A stretch of 62,787 nucleotides of DNA, counting the filler, from Asterionella formosa (lineage: Eukaryota): assembly GCA_002256025.1 (NCBI GenBank). It is 18 parts of 18 records of this genome, joined end to end, with 100 filler letters (N's around TTAATTAATTAA, not from the genome) between each part and the next. Parts side by side here need not be neighbours in the genome. Positions count along the whole stretch, not along the records: positions 58,985 to 60,836 come from NKIB01001026.1; positions 60,937 to 62,787 come from NKIB01001027.1; 16 more parts are not named here. The stretch is one strand, 5' to 3'. Shown here piece after piece: positions 58,985 through 62,787 of the stretch. Positions within the stretch are counted from its first letter, which is position 1; every line of letters starts with the position of its first letter. The notes under the pieces were generated by a model. That model worked only from the letters and a program-made list of their open reading frames with translations, was not told the origin of the DNA and did not search any database. The translations under genes and the position numbers were made by a program.

Positions 58985-59271
58985 AACGTTTTCGTTTTGG
59001 CTTGGTTTACGAGTCCGAAGGCGATTCCGGTGCAGCTCATGATGAGCAACTGGTACGCCTTGTCGTTGGCCTCGTAGATAGCCCTGACTCCTTTGTCTGT
59101 CTCCAATTCGTACTCTTCGTCAGAACACGGGTTATGGTTCTTGGAGTACATCGTTCGGAATCCTCTTGCCTTCGCCAGAGCGAGCGTTTTAACGCTCCAC
59201 TGGTACCAGTTCGTTTCGTTGCCATCAAACTTGATGAGCCTCATGCTCTCTTCAGACATTTCTGTAGACAT
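58985..59271 (-). mobile_element. Copia-type gag N-terminus (3'-truncated by contig edge)
   Basis: IKFDGNETNWYQWSVKTLALAKARGF..NDKAYQLLIMSC..AFGLV, the typical F.G..[FW]..W gag start. Confidence 0.7.
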
Positions 59272-59846
59272 GTTAAAACACTTAAGTCCGTTTATAAACG
59301 TGTTAAAGTATTACCTTTTGTATAGATCTATATCGTTAGACAAAGAAGACTATAGATAGAGACGTTCGTTTCTCTTTCCGTTTCTATATTCTTATTGTGA
59401 GTTTACTAATCTAGTTTAGGTTGTTCTGTTTGAACAAAACAAACGAACTATTCTCCAAATGCTGTTTGCATTTCTAGGAACATACAATCATAGATAGACC
59501 CATGTCTATCTCACACTTACTGATCATAGGTATTTAACCATGATCATTCATTTCAAACTATCGGTCTTCCGAAATAGCTTATGTTGTCCGGCTCATTATA
59601 GTCGGAGTAGCAAAGTATAATGTGTGGTTGATGAGAGCTTGGTACATCAAAGTTGACTCATTCGAATCGTTTGACTCGTTTGACTCCGAGTCCTAACTAC
59701 GTAGATGAGCTCACTTTAACATATCTCTATGATGTCTGGTTAGGGTACTGTGCTGAGGGCCATACCTGCCGACTTTTATGAATCTGTCCAGGAAATTTTA
59801 GTGGTCATGAACCCTCCTGTTGGTCAGTTAGTGGCCGATGTACCTA

Positions 59847-60022
59847 ATAAAATCCAGTAGAATGCTGAGCAGATCTCCTTAACAAAAGTATGTGCGACTT
59901 TAGCAACAATGCTATGATTTTAATAGTATACATAATAAAAACCAGCAGAATGCTGAACAGATCGCCTTAACAGAAGTATGTGCGACAATAGCAACAATGC
60001 TATGATTTTAATAATATACATT
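59847..60022. repeat. Tandem duplication of about 88 bp
   Basis: ATAAAA.CCAG.AGAATGCTGA.CAGATC.CCTTAACA.AAGTATGTGCGAC..TAGCAACAATGCTATGATTTTAATA occurs twice. Confidence 0.85.
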
Positions 60023-62787
60023 TATATATATATGTGTGTTTATGAGCGACAGCACATTGAATATGTCTTACGTCAATCATTACTTGGATAACATTTGTTA
60101 TTTACAGGATAATTACAGGTTGGATATCACCGCTTTTGTAACGCGGGATATTTTAAAATTTCGAAGGTAGATTCAATATATCATTCCATATGCACATCTC
60201 ATGGCCTGATTCCGGTCTCATTCTTTCTTTGCCTAAGAATGCATAAGCTTAATTGCATTTCATTCCCATGTCATAAGCAACCCACGGATTGGTGGCTGCG
60301 TTGTATATACATGACATAAGATGAATTTTATTTGATTGCGGTGGGTTCTGATCTTTAACTTATGAATGGATTGTACTTCAGGAAATTTCGTTGTAAATCG
60401 AACATTTATAATTAATATATACCATGCATAGCAGGTATGATCCCATCTTTTCTTCCTTTGCCAGTACTCTTTCATAAAACATGCATGATTCTCCCAAAAT
60501 TTAATCTGTCAGCTTGCATCCTGCGACAGAAGTACCTGGTTTTAGTAAATTCTGCGAGTTTGCTCATTTTGACCAGCTGGTTACGTCCTGTGTGGTGGAT
60601 ATATCAGTGTTTTCTGCATGCCATTGATTCCTATAATGATACATCTAAGCCGCGTATTACGTGAAGTGACCATCACATAAATAAGCCTAGTTGATTTTGA
60701 ATGCATCACATGAATTAGTTGAATACATCAAAATACGTAGTTGAATATATCTATATATTATCTGAATACATCACGTTAAATATTTGATCAAAGTATCATG
60801 CATGCATTCCTGATCATCACTATATTATGTGATCACNNNNNNNNNNNNNNNNNNNNNNNNNNNNNNNNNNNNNNNNNNNNTTAATTAATTAANNNNNNNN
60901 NNNNNNNNNNNNNNNNNNNNNNNNNNNNNNNNNNNNAAAATATTTTGGCAAAACTCAAATGGTGTAATCTGTGATCAACATGGTATAAAAAATTATATAC
61001 AACTATATATAAAAAAGTAAGTTCTGCTCTGACCCATTACCGGCAAATTATACCCACCAAAAATGTTCATATCTCAAGATGTCGACCTTCAATGAGAATA
61101 TCGACGCAATCACAACCTGCTGACGCCTTCAGTTGAAAAGACCTGGAATTGCGTTTCTCATGAAGCATTTGAATAAGTTTAGTCGAACTAGTCAAACGAA
61201 TAGGAGAACTCAGTGGGTCGAGGGATTGGGTTTGGCCGTGGTAGATGACTTTTTGAATAGCTGTGCGAACCATGAATTGACCAGGAGATAGGAGAGGCAG
61301 GGGTCAGTTGAGGGGAAGGAGAAGTGGGAGTGGTGGCAGAGGCAGGGATTGGAGAGTGGCGATTGAAATTCGCGCCAACCAATGGTTCTGCGGGTTTGCG
61401 TTTCTTTTGCTGCTGTGTTTTGCTGCTGTGTGGAGAGAGGGTTTTGGATGATTTATTATTCTTTGAATTCTTAAGGGCAGCCTTGTGATGAGAAGTTGGT
61501 GGTGTTGGGAAATGAAGCGGAAGAGCGGCAGCAACGGAGCCCGAAACAGGCATGGCGGACAGCAAGAGGATCAGGAGCACCAGCGTGTAGGTTAGTCCAT
61601 AGACTTGGTACTATGAGGAAATGTAATGTCGATGTATAGAACCCTGAGGCTAGTTTGCTGCATTTCTGAAACTATACAGGGATGTAGACAGAGGTCAAAG
61701 TTTTAAAATTAACATGTCGGCATTTGGTGGGGTCAAACCGTGTTTTTCTCCTGTTCAGTGGATCACAGCAGTTACAAATTGTTTTTGTGGGTCACAGCAG
61801 TTTTATACTGCTACTAGTAGTATGAAATGAATATAAAATAGGAGATTTATGGAATAAGGAATCTTGACACTCAGGATTGTGATTGGGAAAAAAAACCCAA
61901 TCAAAAAAGCCTAATTGAGTTTGTAAACCTATGTGCGTTGCACTCTGTAAAATGTATTTTTGCAGCAGTTCACCAACAAGAACAGGGCTATTGAAATCGG
62001 TTAAAAATCACCAAATGCAGCTTGCTGGATCCTGCTAGCCACTCGGCCTGCAAGTCACCTATACTATAAATTTCAGGAAGCACACCTCAGATGCCAACTT
62101 GACCAGCGACTTTCTCACACAGTTCCGACTTTCATACATGCAAGCGCCGTGGTCAGCCAAAAGGAAATCAATCTATCCAAATTCAACACTTGGCTTTGAT
62201 GGAGTATTTCAGCAACGTTGGAAACATGTACTGGGCCAGTGCAAACATTACAAGAGGAAGCCTCATGATGACAACGCCATGTGAAATCATGGTCCTATGC
62301 TGTTTTCTCGTTTTTGCCACTGGAAGAATCAAGCTCCTATTTATCTTGAATCGTGCTATGAATTAAAGATGCTCTCTACACATGATTATATAAGCACCTA
62401 TCCGGCGCTATGTTGTTTGTTTCAGGAAAATGACCGCAACGCACTGAAACAGACAGCGGTTACACCAGGACAGGCGTTTAATTTCATCATATATTTGTTT
62501 TTAAGAGAACATGATCAATTTACTCTTCAACAAAAACGATAATCTCTATGATAAATAAAAACGCTTCACTCTTTCTTGGTAAAGCATCTATTAAGCATGA
62601 TGTAGACAATCCAATCATAAAATTTTTTAATAACACTTATATTGACAATGCAATTTGAAGTTACCGATGGCAATTTTTTTGTGAAATTTATAGATTCACA
62701 GTTCAAAGCAACGTTGTTACGAACAATGTTTACACTTTCATAGTAGATTCACAGCTAAGACAATTTTTTTCTTTGTGATGATGATAT

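Larger units (their letters stand above)
29568..60936. other. 17 artificial 100-bp contig linkers (N44-TTAATTAATTAA-N44) starting at 29568, 31525, 33481, 35437, 37393, 39348, 41303, 43257, 45211, 47165, 49122, 51076, 53029, 54981, 56933, 58885, 60837
   Basis: An identical six-frame-stop 12-mer sits inside the N runs. The intervening contigs are 1851-1857 bp in nearly descending order. Confidence 0.97.

Noticed and set aside
29568..60936. Regularly spaced TTAATTAATTAA as a CRISPR-like or biological periodic array
   Set aside because: It is always embedded in N44 flanks. It is a six-frame stop linker added during assembly.
60937..62787. Short ORFs in the last contig (61188-61580, 62099-62542)
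   Set aside because: They are interrupted, low-complexity and have no recognisable motif. Possibly decayed TE, but this cannot be supported.

Overview
This is eukaryotic genomic DNA, most likely from a diatom. The evidence is short GT-AG introns, a bipartite plastid presequence, PGRL1, a CoDi-type Copia gag and a class-C-like GPCR. Positions 1-29567 look like one real, gene-dense scaffold with one 473-N gap. It carries a BTB-like protein, Yip1, a TBC1D20-like protein with altered catalytic fingers, an RRM protein, a membrane-anchored GH16 glucanase, a pogo-like transposon relic, a TraB-family protein with an apparent thylakoid-lumen signal, an unusual PDZ-PDZ-Vps34-like lipid kinase, a PPR protein and a 4-exon gene fusing an M11 (gametolysin-like) zinc metalloprotease to a Hedgehog-type Hint/Hog autoprocessing domain and a C-terminal membrane anchor. 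That protease-Hint fusion is the best candidate for a little-described system. From 29568 on, the window is an artificial concatenation of 17 nearly size-sorted contigs of about 1.85 kb, joined by N44-TTAATTAATTAA-N44 linkers, so adjacency across linkers means nothing. These contigs hold gene fragments (GPCR, PGRL1, PDAT, CWC27-like, an SGT1/HPAT-like glycosyltransferase) and many transposon pieces (Harbinger, Crypton-like tyrosine recombinase, Gypsy, Copia, pogo-like, and a TIR element forming a 1.4-kb hairpin). All family assignments come from motif recognition by eye; no searches were run.
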